64,000 nt of DNA, from the NCBI GenBank assembly GCA_918797485.1, contig CAKKNE010000002.1, positions 5,146,001 through 5,210,000 on the forward strand. The letters are read 5' to 3'. The notes under the pieces were generated by a model. It saw only the letters and a list, made by a program, of their open reading frames with translations. It had not been told where the DNA came from and did no database searches. This document shows, piece by piece, positions 1-9,948 of the stretch. Each line of letters starts with the position of its first letter. The stretch's first letter is position 1. Source of the DNA: Pelagomonas calceolata. Its lineage: Eukaryota. The position numbers and the translations under genes are program-made.

Positions 1-3000
1 GGCCCAGAAGTCGTTCGAGACATGGGCCCCGCACGCGTACGCCGAGACGACGTCCCGCGACCCGTGCACGTGCACGAGCGCCGCGCCCCGGTTCGCCAGC
101 CGCACGCCGAAGGGCGCGCGCGGCGCCGGTGGCCGCTCGACGACCGGAGCCGCATCATCTCCCGAGCTCTCCGACTCGTCGTCCGCCGTGTCGGTTTGGT
201 CGTCTTCGTCCGACCAAGGCATCCTAGCTGCCGCCCCGACGGCCCAGGCCGCCCCCGCCTCGTCGGCATCTGAATGCATCCCGAAGACCCGCGACAGCGC
301 CATCGAGAGCTTTGGTGAAGAGTCGCGCTGGCGCGGCGCGGCGCGCCACGTCGTCGCGAAGGCGCCGTCTTCGAGCTTGTGGGCCGTCACTTGGCTTGAA
401 GAGCGTCTCGCTAGTACATCTGCGACGAGTAGAACAGCAGCATCTCGTCTTTGCAACAAACCCCCTCTTCGACAGGCCGCCTGAGCTAACCGCGCCGCGA
501 AGGCCGTGGCTTGCTGATCGACTTTCGCTCGAGCTAACAAAGCTTTCGCCGCGGCCCCGGCGCCGCCCCGCGTCGAACCATCCACGGACGCCAAAACGTC
601 GGCCACCAGAGCCCACGACGCTCTGGAAGCGGTATCTTCCTCTTCCACCACAGCACCTACGGATCTAGCGCGCCTTAAAGGCTTCACCGCACTTCCAGAT
701 CGTTGGAGTCGCACTTTCAGGAGTAACGAACCACCGGTCTTGTCGCACCGCAGCAGATCGGACTGCGCCGTCGTCCGCTCCAGCTCAAAACCAGCTGCAC
801 GCCACTCAAGCACCACATTAGCTCTAAACGCTAACGCGCAGGCACACGCCTCGGCGACCTCGGTCGCCTCCGGCCCGCAGTCGTGCTCGTCTTCCTTCAT
901 GCGTCTCTCACCGTCACTGCTGTCCGACTCTTCGTCGTAGGCGTGGACGTGGTCCGCCCGGCGCTTCCGAGCCGGTCGTCTTACTGCCACTCGTAGGATG
1001 GTCGCCGTCGTCGCCGCCTCCTCGTCGTCAACGAATACGTCATCAAAGCGCTTCAATACAGGTAACTGGTCCCGTCCCGTGCCGTCCTCTGAGGAAGAGT
1101 CGTCCTCGCCCAATTGATATGAAGAAGTCTTGGGTCTCTCACGAGGTAACGGCGCCGCAATACCACTCCCGGGCTCGCCCCACCAGGGCGACGCCTTCGC
1201 TAAGTAGGACTCGGCGTCCGCGTCGGACTTCCTTTCTCGTTGATTCGACCGGCGCCGTCTCCGGTTTCGACGTCGTTGCCGCGGCGCGTCCTCTTCATTA
1301 ACACGGGCGCTCGTCGCCTTGGCTACGCGTCGGTCTCTATCTCGTTGCCGATCGCGAGCTCTACGTGCCGCGACTCCTAACGACGTCGCCAACCGATCGT
1401 GCGCGGCATCCCCTACTCCAAACGTATATAATGATCTTTTGGCACCATGTATGGAAGCAATAGCTATAGCTGGGGCGTCCGCCGGCGTTCTACGACCGCA
1501 CGCTACCACCCGCCAAGGACCATCAGTAACTCTAGGTCGCAATATGTCCGCCCGACCCCGATTGCCCGAGAACGCGCCTCCCGCATCTCTCGCGAACGAC
1601 GCCTGGGCCTTCACTGCCAGCGTCTGCAGCGCCCAGGGCGGACTTATGGAACTGTCGCGACTGGCCCGGGCGTCGCCGCAGCCCGCCCGATGTGCTGCTT
1701 TTAAAGCTGACTGTAATCTACGAGCACCCAATCTAGAATGAGCCGCCTGGGCGAGCCAGCGGGAAGCTGCCGCTCGCGTTCGAGCCGCTAAAGCGCCTCT
1801 AGCAGCCACGCGTTCGAGCCAGTTCCCCAGGTTATGTTCCGAGGAATCCCCACCAAATAACGCCCACGACGCCCGCGCGACTCCATCTTCGAGTCTCAAA
1901 TCACAGAGAGCCGCCCGGAAACCGGGCTCCTTGTCCGGCAGGGCAGCTAAACAAAGCCGCACGCCTTCGCCCGACCTGTCTGGGAATAAGGCGTCCCACC
2001 TGTCCGAAGAGCCCTTTAGCTCCACCGGACGACTGGCAAACTGGTCCCGCGAGAAATAGCCGGACGCCGTTCTTCTAAGACCAGCCGCCGCCGCACCGAG
2101 ACTTCGACCTTTCTCCAGAGCCACATCGGACGTCCTAAAAACCGAAGAAGGCGCTCCCAGTGCATTCAAATCATCCTCGTCCAGATTCAGCGACGCGCAT
2201 CGCTCGACGCCCTGATCGGCGAAGAAGTCGCTCTGCAGGGCTCTTCTAGCGACCACAGCGACATCCTCATTAAAAGCGGCAGCACAAGCCGCCGCGCAGG
2301 CGTCCGAGAACGGTCTACACCCAAAAATTCGCAATTCGCACCGTTTTTGATCTGGGGTCCATAAACGAGCATAACACGAGCTACCATCAGAAGCGTCGGC
2401 CGGCGTCGCCGGTACGATCTTCTCTCTCCTTGGTAGGACGTAGACGCGAGGCCTATTCACGACGGGAGCTGCGGCCTTACCCATCAGTGACGGCGTCTCC
2501 TCTAAATATTTAGCTAGTCGTTCGATGACGTCTTGCGGTGACCGGAACCAGCTCCTTTGTGAGTATAGGGGCACCTGTATGGTCGACAGCAACTCGCAAC
2601 TAAATGGAGACACATCTACATCAGCGTGGCCGCCGCCACCCGCTGGTACTAACAACTCGTGGGCATGCCTCGTCGACGCCAGCGCCGACAACAGTCGTAA
2701 TTGGGAAGCCACTCGAGACGCTCGTGACAAGGCGCATCGCAGCGTCCGAGCTACCGCTTCATCTTCCCCATCCTCCTCCACGATGCCTCGCTTCTCTCTT
2801 GCTAATGCTATTGTCGTCGATAGGCCAGCGGCAACAGCGTCGCCGGAGGGCGGCGCCTTGTCCTTCGGTGACGACGCGCTCATCTGTCTACCTCTGTCTC
2901 TGCGAGAAGGTGGTGGCGCCCTACGACCATATCTGCCACCAGTAGGTACGGGACCGCCATATCTCCGTTTGGGCAACGCAACGACGTCAGCTTGTCTAGC

Positions 3001-6000
3001 ATGATAGTGGATCTGGCAAGTTGAGACTCTAACAGAAGCTAGGTAAGTAGATGGTGCATTTGACAAGTCCTTCGCGTCGACGACGACGTAAGCGCCGGCG
3101 ACCGCTCGAAAGGCGACCCTTGTGAGCCGTCGTTCAACAGCTAAGGCCGCGTTCTCGGAAGGGTCCCCATCAGCTAAGGCTTCGTCGGGCTTCGCCCAAC
3201 TACTTCTTTCGGTCAATGCCCTCCTGAGAAAGCCCTCCAAACCAGCGGGCATGGCTCCATCACCGACGCCCGCATCGTCGCCCGCGAAGGCCACGACGTC
3301 GATGCGACAGGATAGTCTCCTAGCATCCAATCCAGGTCTAAATCTAGTAGCTTTGGCCTCCTCGGCGCATTTCAATGCCACAGCGTTTAACGCTGCCGCT
3401 AAGCCGCCGCCGCCGTCGGGGATGGGGGTTGGATTAGCTAATCGAGCGTGCAGAGCCGCGGCGGCCAAACAGGCGTCTACCGCCCTAGCTAGGTCCTCGC
3501 ACTTGGCTATCGCGGCCGAAGATAACGTCTCGTCTCCGACCAAGCCCACATCAACCTCAAGAGGCCGTCCCGACTCCTGCCGCGCCCGCGCGAAGAATCC
3601 TGATTGGACCTCAGGTAACCGAGCCGGGGAATTGCTTCGTCGTTCATCTTCATCTTCCTTTGACGCAATAGGTGCAGAATACGCGAAAACGTCTTCCCGC
3701 AGCGTCTGGAAGCCGCAGGCCTCCCAGGCCTCGCTGACGGCCTCGTCCGTGTCCTCCCAGTCCTCTTCTTGCAATGCTCGGGCGGCTAGAGCGGCTACCG
3801 CCGCATCTGCACTTACAGCTTTGGTCCACCGTACGGAATCGAGCGCGGCAGACACTTCTGAGGACGAAGCTTTCGATTGACCTAGTAATTGTAGGGCACC
3901 TCGTGCATATGCGGCAGCATGGGCGCGCTTCACGGCACCGGCGACCCTCTTAGTGGTTGAGCCGACCTCGTCTTCATTGCGCACCCCATAACCCCGCGCC
4001 ACGTCCCTCGCGGACACTTCGTGCAGGTGCACGCCTTGGGAAGAACCATCACCTTCACAGACCTCCGCAACTAAAGCACAGGCCTCTCCTAGAGATTTGT
4101 TGGTTGTTAAACCAGTGACCCAAGTCGAGTCGTCGACCCTTGTGGCCACTTGATCTAAAGAAGCGGATATCGCAGCATGAACACCTTTCGCCGCTACGGA
4201 TCGTTCCGCGTCGTCGTCCCCGAACGTCGCCAGGTCCAACGCTAAGGTACGGGTAGCATACGTAGCCAATGCTACGGCAGAGGCGCCATCAACTGCCGAA
4301 GCCCCTCTACCCCCAGCACCTAACGCTCTCAGAGCTCGTAAGGCGTTGTGGGCCCGCCCATCTTTCCGTCGCAGCTGACTACGTATTTGCGTAACCACGG
4401 CCATATCTACCGACAAGCCTCGTCCCGGCTCGACCCACAACTCACTCACCAATTCATTCCCGTCGAACTCCACGACACTCTGCACGAGCGGGACTGACGA
4501 AGAGTCGTCTTCGATGCGCGCTTCGTCCTCCTGGGGCCTCAGTTCATTACTATCGGCGACGAGCAGACACGCGACCACATTCCCCTTCGTGCGGCGTTCG
4601 TCAGCTAAGGAGAAGCCCAGAGCTTCCCTCGATGCCCTAAAGGCAGCTAAAGCCGCGTTTCCGTCGACAACGGTCGCGTCGTACTTGTCCCGATAACCCG
4701 CTAAACTTGTTCGTAGCCATCTCTGAGCTACGGCGTGGGGCGTGCCGTACACATCGTCGTCGCCTTCTTTGGCCACTTGACGTATTAAAAACGGGGCCGC
4801 CTGCGCTAGCGAGTGGGGCTCGCCGCCCGGCGCCGCCGCGGCCGACAGGCGAGCTCGTAAGTCCCGCGCCGCGTTCTCATTGCGGGAACCAACCGTAGCC
4901 AGAGCGACTTCCAGCACGCGCGACGCGCGCCATCGCGCGCGCGCCACAGTCAATTCTTCCTCTGAAGATTTACGGGCGTAGGCACCGGACACGCCCTGCA
5001 CGGGCCGGCCCCATCGCGACAGGGCGTCTGCGACTCGCCGCGCCGCGCCGGCCTCCGGGCCGGACGTGGCGACGTGGAAGCGCTCGACGTCGGCCAGAGC
5101 AGCTAAATCTCTAGCGGGTAATGCCGCAACCAATCGCTCTAGCGCATCGGCCGTCGGCTTCTTCCGTCGCGACCGCCGTCCTCGTTGAGATGAGTCCTCC
5201 TGGATGTCCCCGAGCTCATCATCTCTCAGATGATCCAACACAGATTCGACGAGCGTCGAGTGCTTCTTCTCCTCCTCTTGCCGTTCCGTGGTCGACGACG
5301 AGGTCTGGGATAATGAGGACAGGGCGCCGTCCCTCCTCAAAAGCCATGCTGCTAGATCCCTAAGTCTCCGAGCGCGCGCCTGGGACGCCTCGTCGCGCGC
5401 CTGTTGCGGCGAGGGGCTTCGAGAGGTTGAGGGAGTTCGCGACGCGTCGTCGGACCGCTCGATCGGTCTTGACCGTCTTTGTATACTTCTTGCTTCTTGA
5501 GGCGGTCCTAATGCAGCAACACCGAGATTCTCGAGGGGTGGTAGCGTTCTTAAAGCTTCCACGACGGACAGGGGCCCGATGACCTCGATGCGCGCGGACA
5601 CGGCCCCGGATTTTGTGGACAACGCCGCAGCTGCTAAGTCGGAGGGCGTCGCCGTCCGACCAGACGTTCTTCGTCGCGCCTCATTCACCAACTCGTGCTG
5701 CGGCGGCGGTCTCAGTTCCACGACATATCGTAGAGTCGTCGCGTCGTCGACCAAACGAGGCAGCTCCCACGTAATCGAGAGCGGCTCGCGCGGTCGTCGC
5801 TTCTGGGACGCGGTCTGGATCTTGAACGACGTGAGATCTAGAGGCCCCGACGCGCGTAATCGAGCCACATCCGATAAAGACGCGCGCGGCAGCGGATAGG
5901 CAGCTAATTGCTCGACGTTCTGATCAGTCGATGACGTATGCGGCCGCAGCGAGAGGGGACTTCGTCTCCACACTAGAGATGAACCGACGTCCTCGTCCCT

Positions 6001-6915
6001 TCTCCGGACGACGCGCTTACTGGCGACACTACCTTTGACCAGTTTGTTGCGAGAAGGGTGGTAGGACATGAACCCGCCACCAGTGCGTTCACACGCGACG
6101 GTCGCGCCGGCCCAGTCCGCCACCAAACCCCACGTCGCGTCGGACTCGTCATCAAAGGCCGCACCCGCATAATCCAAGACGTGTAACGCGACACCTTCCC
6201 TTCTGGCATGTGCTCCCGCGCCGCCCTCGGCCCGCCCACCCAGCAAGCCGCAATCCCTAGGTGCGGCCACACCGTCGCCGTCCGTCGCTACTACGATCGT
6301 TCGGGCGCCTCCTGACTCACAAAACCGTAGAGCGAACAACCCGGCTCGCGCGCAGCGCTCGACCGAGGGTGCACCACCACATTCCTCCGTCTTGTGCGTC
6401 GCGAGGCGCTTCTCCGACGCATGTATAGCTGCAGCGATTCTCTCGGAAGCTTCTTGGAGTGATTGATTTGTCTCTACCATAACTCGCGCACAAGGTCTCC
6501 ACACGACGTCATCTGCTGCCACAACTAATAACTGGGCGTCCACCACGATCTTCTCCAGGGGCGAGCAGGCTCGTTGGGACGTGATGGCTTCGAGCAGACA
6601 GGAGATCGCTTTTGGTGCTAACGCGAGCGGCACCCTCCCATTTCTAGCGGTCCGCGCATGCTGGCTTGCGTCTAACACAATGACCAGAGAATGGCGTCGC
6701 GGCGCGAATCTTATAGTTGTGGAAGGCGACACGAGGGCCCGGTGCTCGCCGCCTCGTCGGCCAAGGACCTGGCGCGGCGTCGGCAGCCGCGCGTCGTCCG
6801 ACGGCGCGACGGTGCGCCAGAGGTGCTGGAGGTGCCAGGCGGCAGCCGCGCGCGGGCCCCAGGCCCGGTCCGGCGCCTCGACGTGGACTTCTACCGCGGG
6901 TGGCGGCGGGGCCAT
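1..6915 (-). CDS. SZT2: SZT2-like (KICSTOR scaffold) large protein, >2300 aa, 3' end outside window
   Basis: ATG at 6915 and an open frame read by hand to position 1; absent from the ORF track because there is no stop in the window. N-terminal motifs AWHLQHLWRTV, LVSPSTTIRFAPRRHSLVIVLDAS, RAGLFAL and IVVATDG parallel the recalled SZT2 N-terminus (AWFLSHLHQTV, PSTRVTF..YRFVIELDLS, RQGILAL, IIVITDG). Confidence 0.72.
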   Translation of the reverse strand, partial: MAPPPPAVEVHVEAPDRAWGPRAAAAWHLQHLWRTVAPSDDARLPTPRQVLGRRGGEHRALVSPSTTIRFAPRRHSLVIVLDASQHARTARNGRVPLALAPKAISCLLEAITSQRACSPLEKIVVDAQLLVVAADDVVWRPCARVMVETNQSLQEASERIAAAIHASEKRLATHKTEECGGAPSVERCARAGLFALRFCESGGARTIVVATDGDGVAAPRDCGLLGGRAEGGAGAHARREGVALHVLDYAGAAFDDESDATWGLVADWAGATVACERTGGGFMSYHPSRNKLVKGSVASKRVVRRRDEDVGSSLVWRRSPLSLRPHTSSTDQNVEQLAAYPLPRASLSDVARLRASGPLDLTSFKIQTASQKRRPREPLSITWELPRLVDDATTLRYVVELRPPPQHELVNEARRRTSGRTATPSDLAAAALSTKSGAVSARIEVIGPLSVVEALRTLPPLENLGVAALGPPQEARSIQRRSRPIERSDDASRTPSTSRSPSPQQARDEASQARARRLRDLAAWLLRRDGALSSLSQTSSSTTERQEEEKKHSTLVESVLDHLRDDELGDIQEDSSQRGRRSRRKKPTADALERLVAALPARDLAALADVERFHVATSGPEAGAARRVADALSRWGRPVQGVSGAYARKSSEEELTVARARWRASRVLEVALATVGSRNENAARDLRARLSAAAAPGGEPHSLAQAAPFLIRQVAKEGDDDVYGTPHAVAQRWLRTSLAGYRDKYDATVVDGNAALAAFRASREALGFSLADERRTKGNVVACLLVADSNELRPQEDEARIEDDSSSVPLVQSVVEFDGNELVSELWVEPGRGLSVDMAVVTQIRSQLRRKDGRAHNALRALRALGAGGRGASAVDGASAVALATYATRTLALDLATFGDDDAERSVAAKGVHAAISASLDQVATRVDDSTWVTGLTTNKSLGEACALVAEVCEGDGSSQGVHLHEVSARDVARGYGVRNEDEVGSTTKRVAGAVKRAHAAAYARGALQLLGQSKASSSEVSAALDSVRWTKAVSADAAVAALAARALQEEDWEDTDEAVSEAWEACGFQTLREDVFAYSAPIASKEDEDERRSNSPARLPEVQSGFFARARQESGRPLEVDVGLVGDETLSSAAIAKCEDLARAVDACLAAAALHARLANPTPIPDGGGGLAAALNAVALKCAEEAKATRFRPGLDARRLSCRIDVVAFAGDDAGVGDGAMPAGLEGFLRRALTERSSWAKPDEALADGDPSENAALAVERRLTRVAFRAVAGAYVVVDAKDLSNAPSTYLASVRVSTCQIHYHARQADVVALPKRRYGGPVPTGGRYGRRAPPPSRRDRGRQMSASSPKDKAPPSGDAVAAGLSTTIALAREKRGIVEEDGEDEAVARTLRCALSRASRVASQLRLLSALASTRHAHELLVPAGGGGHADVDVSPFSCELLSTIQVPLYSQRSWFRSPQDVIERLAKYLEETPSLMGKAAAPVVNRPRVYVLPRREKIVPATPADASDGSSCYARLWTPDQKRCELRIFGCRPFSDACAAACAAAFNEDVAVVARRALQSDFFADQGVERCASLNLDEDDLNALGAPSSVFRTSDVALEKGRSLGAAAAGLRRTASGYFSRDQFASRPVELKGSSDRWDALFPDRSGEGVRLCLAALPDKEPGFRAALCDLRLEDGVARASWALFGGDSSEHNLGNWLERVAARGALAARTRAAASRWLAQAAHSRLGARRLQSALKAAHRAGCGDARASRDSSISPPWALQTLAVKAQASFARDAGGAFSGNRGRADILRPRVTDGPWRVVACGRRTPADAPAIAIASIHGAKRSLYTFGVGDAAHDRLATSLGVAARRARDRQRDRDRRVAKATSARVNEEDAPRQRRRNRRRRRSNQRERKSDADAESYLAKASPWWGEPGSGIAAPLPRERPKTSSYQLGEDDSSSEDGTGRDQLPVLKRFDDVFVDDEEAATTATILRVAVRRPARKRRADHVHAYDEESDSSDGERRMKEDEHDCGPEATEVAEACACALAFRANVVLEWRAAGFELERTTAQSDLLRCDKTGGSLLLKVRLQRSGSAVKPLRRARSVGAVVEEEDTASRASWALVADVLASVDGSTRGGAGAAAKALLARAKVDQQATAFAARLAQAACRRGGLLQRRDAAVLLVADVLARRSSSQVTAHKLEDGAFATTWRAAPRQRDSSPKLSMALSRVFGMHSDADEAGAAWAVGAAARMPWSDEDDQTDTADDESESSGDDAAPVVERPPAPRAPFGVRLANRGAALVHVHGSRDVVSAYACGAHVSNDFWA

Positions 6916-7155
6916 GCTCCGAGAGCAATTCTGTGTTTGCTCTGCACCGCGTGCGCGGTTAAGCGAGTGCGCCCAGCGCTATGTCCAGCAAGAATATAGG
7001 TTGCACGACACCTCAGCAGGCCTGCCAGCTCTCCAGCGCTGGCGCTCCCGCGTGCACGAGCAAGCTGCCAGCTAGCGTTTCTAACACACTAGCAATTGGG
7101 ACAAAGCACCACTGCAGCTACCACGCGACCGCACAAACGCCTCACGCAAGCCAAA

Positions 7156-8283
7156 ATGATCCTCACAAACTGCGCCGCCTGCGCTGCCCCGCTGGGCTTA
7201 TCCTTGGGGAAGAAATGCGGCCGCTGCAGCACGCGCTACTGTGGGCCTGAATGCCAGGTGCAGCACTGGAAAGAAGGCGGGCACGACCAGCTCTGCAAAC
7301 CAATAAAAAAGGCAGGCGGCGCTGAGCAGTACAACGCAAATAAGAAATACACGGAGGCCGTCGCGGTCGCGGCCGAGAAATGCGCCGAGGACGTGAAGGG
7401 GCAGACGTGCTACATCTGCACGCAGGCCCTCCATTGGAAAACGAAGGAGGGCCTCGTGCGCGGGTGTTCGTGCCGCGGGACGGCGGGCTTCGTGCATGTG
7501 TCGTGCCTGGCGGAGCAGGCCAAGATCTTGCTAGCGGAGGGCGAGGAGAACAATTTGGGTTTCAAGGCGATGAATGAGAGGTGGGGGCGGTGGGAGAAGT
7601 GTAGCCTGTGCGAGCAACTGCACCACGGCGTTGTGCGGGGTGCGCTCGGTTGGGCCTGCTGGAAGACGTACCTGGGGCGGCCGGAGCGGGATCCGATTCG
7701 GATAAACGCGATGACGCAGCTTGGGAACGGTTTAACTGCTCTGGATCATCACGATGACGCGTTGTCCGTGAGAGAAGTCGAGTTGGCTACGATGAGGCGC
7801 CTTGGCACGCCAGAAGAAGTTACGATAATGACAAAAGCGAACATAGCCCATTCTTACGAATGTCTAGGACGATACGAGGAGACTCTCGCCCTTCGCCGCG
7901 AGGTGTACGCCCAAGCGGTGGCATTTAAACATCCGACCGACCAAATCATTATCTACGCCAACAACCTTGCAGTCTCGCTAAAAAGAGCTGAGCGTTACGA
8001 GGAAGCAAAGTGTTTTTTACGCGAGAGGATCGCGGAGGGATTTGACCGGACGCTCGGCGCAAATCATATCAGCGTAATAAAGCTCCGCTGGAATTACGCG
8101 GGTGCCTTTTGCGACGACGACAAAGCCTCCCGCGACGACGTTGTCAAGGCGGTGGCAACCTTCGAGGAGCTCTTCTCGACGACGCAGCGGCTCTTAGGGA
8201 AATTTCATCCGACTACGAAGAGTGCCAAGGCGTACTTAGAGAGCGGGCGATCGAAGCTCGCGCGTTTCGACGCCCAGTCATAG
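7156..8283 (+). CDS. MYND zinc finger + RING-CH + TPR protein
   Basis: CAAC..CGRCSTRYCGPECQVQHWKEGGH (MYND), CYIC..CSCRGTAGFVHVSCL..CSLC (RING-CH), followed by kinesin-light-chain-like TPR helices. Confidence 0.85.
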   Translation: MILTNCAACAAPLGLSLGKKCGRCSTRYCGPECQVQHWKEGGHDQLCKPIKKAGGAEQYNANKKYTEAVAVAAEKCAEDVKGQTCYICTQALHWKTKEGLVRGCSCRGTAGFVHVSCLAEQAKILLAEGEENNLGFKAMNERWGRWEKCSLCEQLHHGVVRGALGWACWKTYLGRPERDPIRINAMTQLGNGLTALDHHDDALSVREVELATMRRLGTPEEVTIMTKANIAHSYECLGRYEETLALRREVYAQAVAFKHPTDQIIIYANNLAVSLKRAERYEEAKCFLRERIAEGFDRTLGANHISVIKLRWNYAGAFCDDDKASRDDVVKAVATFEELFSTTQRLLGKFHPTTKSAKAYLESGRSKLARFDAQS

Positions 8284-8403
8284 TTTCTCGAGCCTAACAT
8301 AACTCCTCGTATGTATCATCAGAGTAACCTTTACGCCCGCGCACCTATGGCCGCGGCGATTGGGGAGTGGTCGGGGGAAGTGGTGAAGGTCCAGATGAGG
8401 GCC

Positions 8404-9243
8404 TCAGGCGACCGCGCAGCCGCGGCCCTCGGGCGAAGAGCCCTGGAGCGGCACCTCGACGGGCGCGTCCGCGTCGTCGACTCGCGCGGGCGGATCGTCC
8501 TGCCCCGGGAGCGTCAGCCGCGTCGTCGACGCGTCGGGCCCCTTACCGAGGCGCGGCCGGCCCAGCTCGTCGAGGTCCTCGTCCTCATTATTCGTGAGGG
8601 CCTTCTCCTCCTCGTCAGCGTCCTTGGAGAAGTACTTGCGTAAAGCCCGGCAGCGGTTCCGGACCACGTGCACCAGCCACGGACCAATTAGCGCGGCGAC
8701 GGGCGCGCAGACGACGACGATCAATATAATATCAATGTCGTTCTGCGAATAGTTCGCCAGCGACGAATCCTCGGACTGCGTCTTGATCTGCAGCAGTATG
8801 ACGCCGAGCATGACCAGGATCTGCGCCAAGCAACAAAGGTCCTTGATGATGTTGTCCCTCCTTTCCCGGAACGGGTGCGCGCTCGCGAAGAAGAAGAGCC
8901 AAAATCCGGACACCGCCAGGCCCAGCGCCGCCTGCTTCATGACGTCCTTGACGAAGACCAAGACGCCGGCGATGGTGCACTTCTCGAGGCACACTATCAC
9001 TTCGGTGTACCACCAGTTCGGCTTGTAGACCAGGTGCCTGTGTGGACATCAACCGGTGAGTTAGGTTTCGGGGACAACATCACGTCGATGGCGTGGGGCG
9101 CCCGAAATTTGATTTCCACGCAGCTAAGTGCAGTATAGAGAGCTGATCCAAAGCCCGTTCGTCCTGATTCTTCCTAGCCGAATATACTAAATAGAACATC
9201 GACGCCGGGATGCCGATGACGTAAAACGCCGTGAACGTACAGG
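8404..9243 (-). pseudogene. 5'-truncated TRP-C-like multi-pass membrane protein fragment; intron 9038-9131
   Basis: YVIGIP..LH|LVYKPNWWYTEV..HPF pattern is typical of algal TRP-C-terminal membrane proteins. An in-frame stop lies just upstream of 9243 and there is no room for an N-terminus before the kinase 3' end. Confidence 0.45.
9038..9131 (-). mobile_element. Introner (TIR/TSD) intron, GC-AG
   Basis: TIRs CTGCGTGGAAATCAA...TTGATGTCCACACAG; degenerate 8-bp TSD GCACTTAG/GCACCTGG; removal restores frame. Confidence 0.8.
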
Positions 9244-9444
9244 ACTAGACTAGACTTACTAGCCGTGTTTTCGGGTCCAACGCGGAAGGCCTTCCAGGTC
9301 ACAGCCCACCGCTGAGACTTCGTGGCACAGCCCTGAGGCAGATCCCCACTCCCTCCGATTCAGGCGGACGACCCCCGCTCGTGCCCCGCCCGCGAAAAAC
9401 GATAAATATATAAACACATAGCTATAAACAAAAGAGAGCGGTCC

Positions 9445-9913
9445 TCAAAGGACCTCGATCCCCAATCCCGGCGCCGCGGTCCTATCAACGGCAGCGCCCT
9501 CGACGAATGGAGCGACCTCCTCCGTCGTACATTCGTCGACCATGAACGCGTGCCGCAGCACTTCATTAGATGCCAGCCGATCATCAGCAACAGTAAGCAG
9601 CCGCGCCACGAGGTCCCGGCAATTTCGGGACGAAGACCGCCAGAGACTGTCCGTTCGCAGCGCCCGCAAATCGCACTGGACAACTTTCCGCGCGATGCGC
9701 GCGTCGTCGGCATCGTCAAACGGATGATTGCCACTGACCAGCAAGAATAATACCACTCCGATAGCCCAGGTGTCGACCTTGTAGTCATATGCAGATTGGA
9801 GAACAATTTCGGGCGCGACGTACTGCGGCGTACCGACCGACGCCGTCAGGCGTTGGCCCGGCCGTACTAATGCAGACAATCCAAAGTCGCACAGCACCAC
9901 ATCCTCCCCGATC

Positions 9914-9948
<35 letters not shown>

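Noticed and set aside
22..7075. Many short + strand ORFs
   Set aside because: Antisense shadows of the long minus-strand SZT2-like frame in GC-rich DNA
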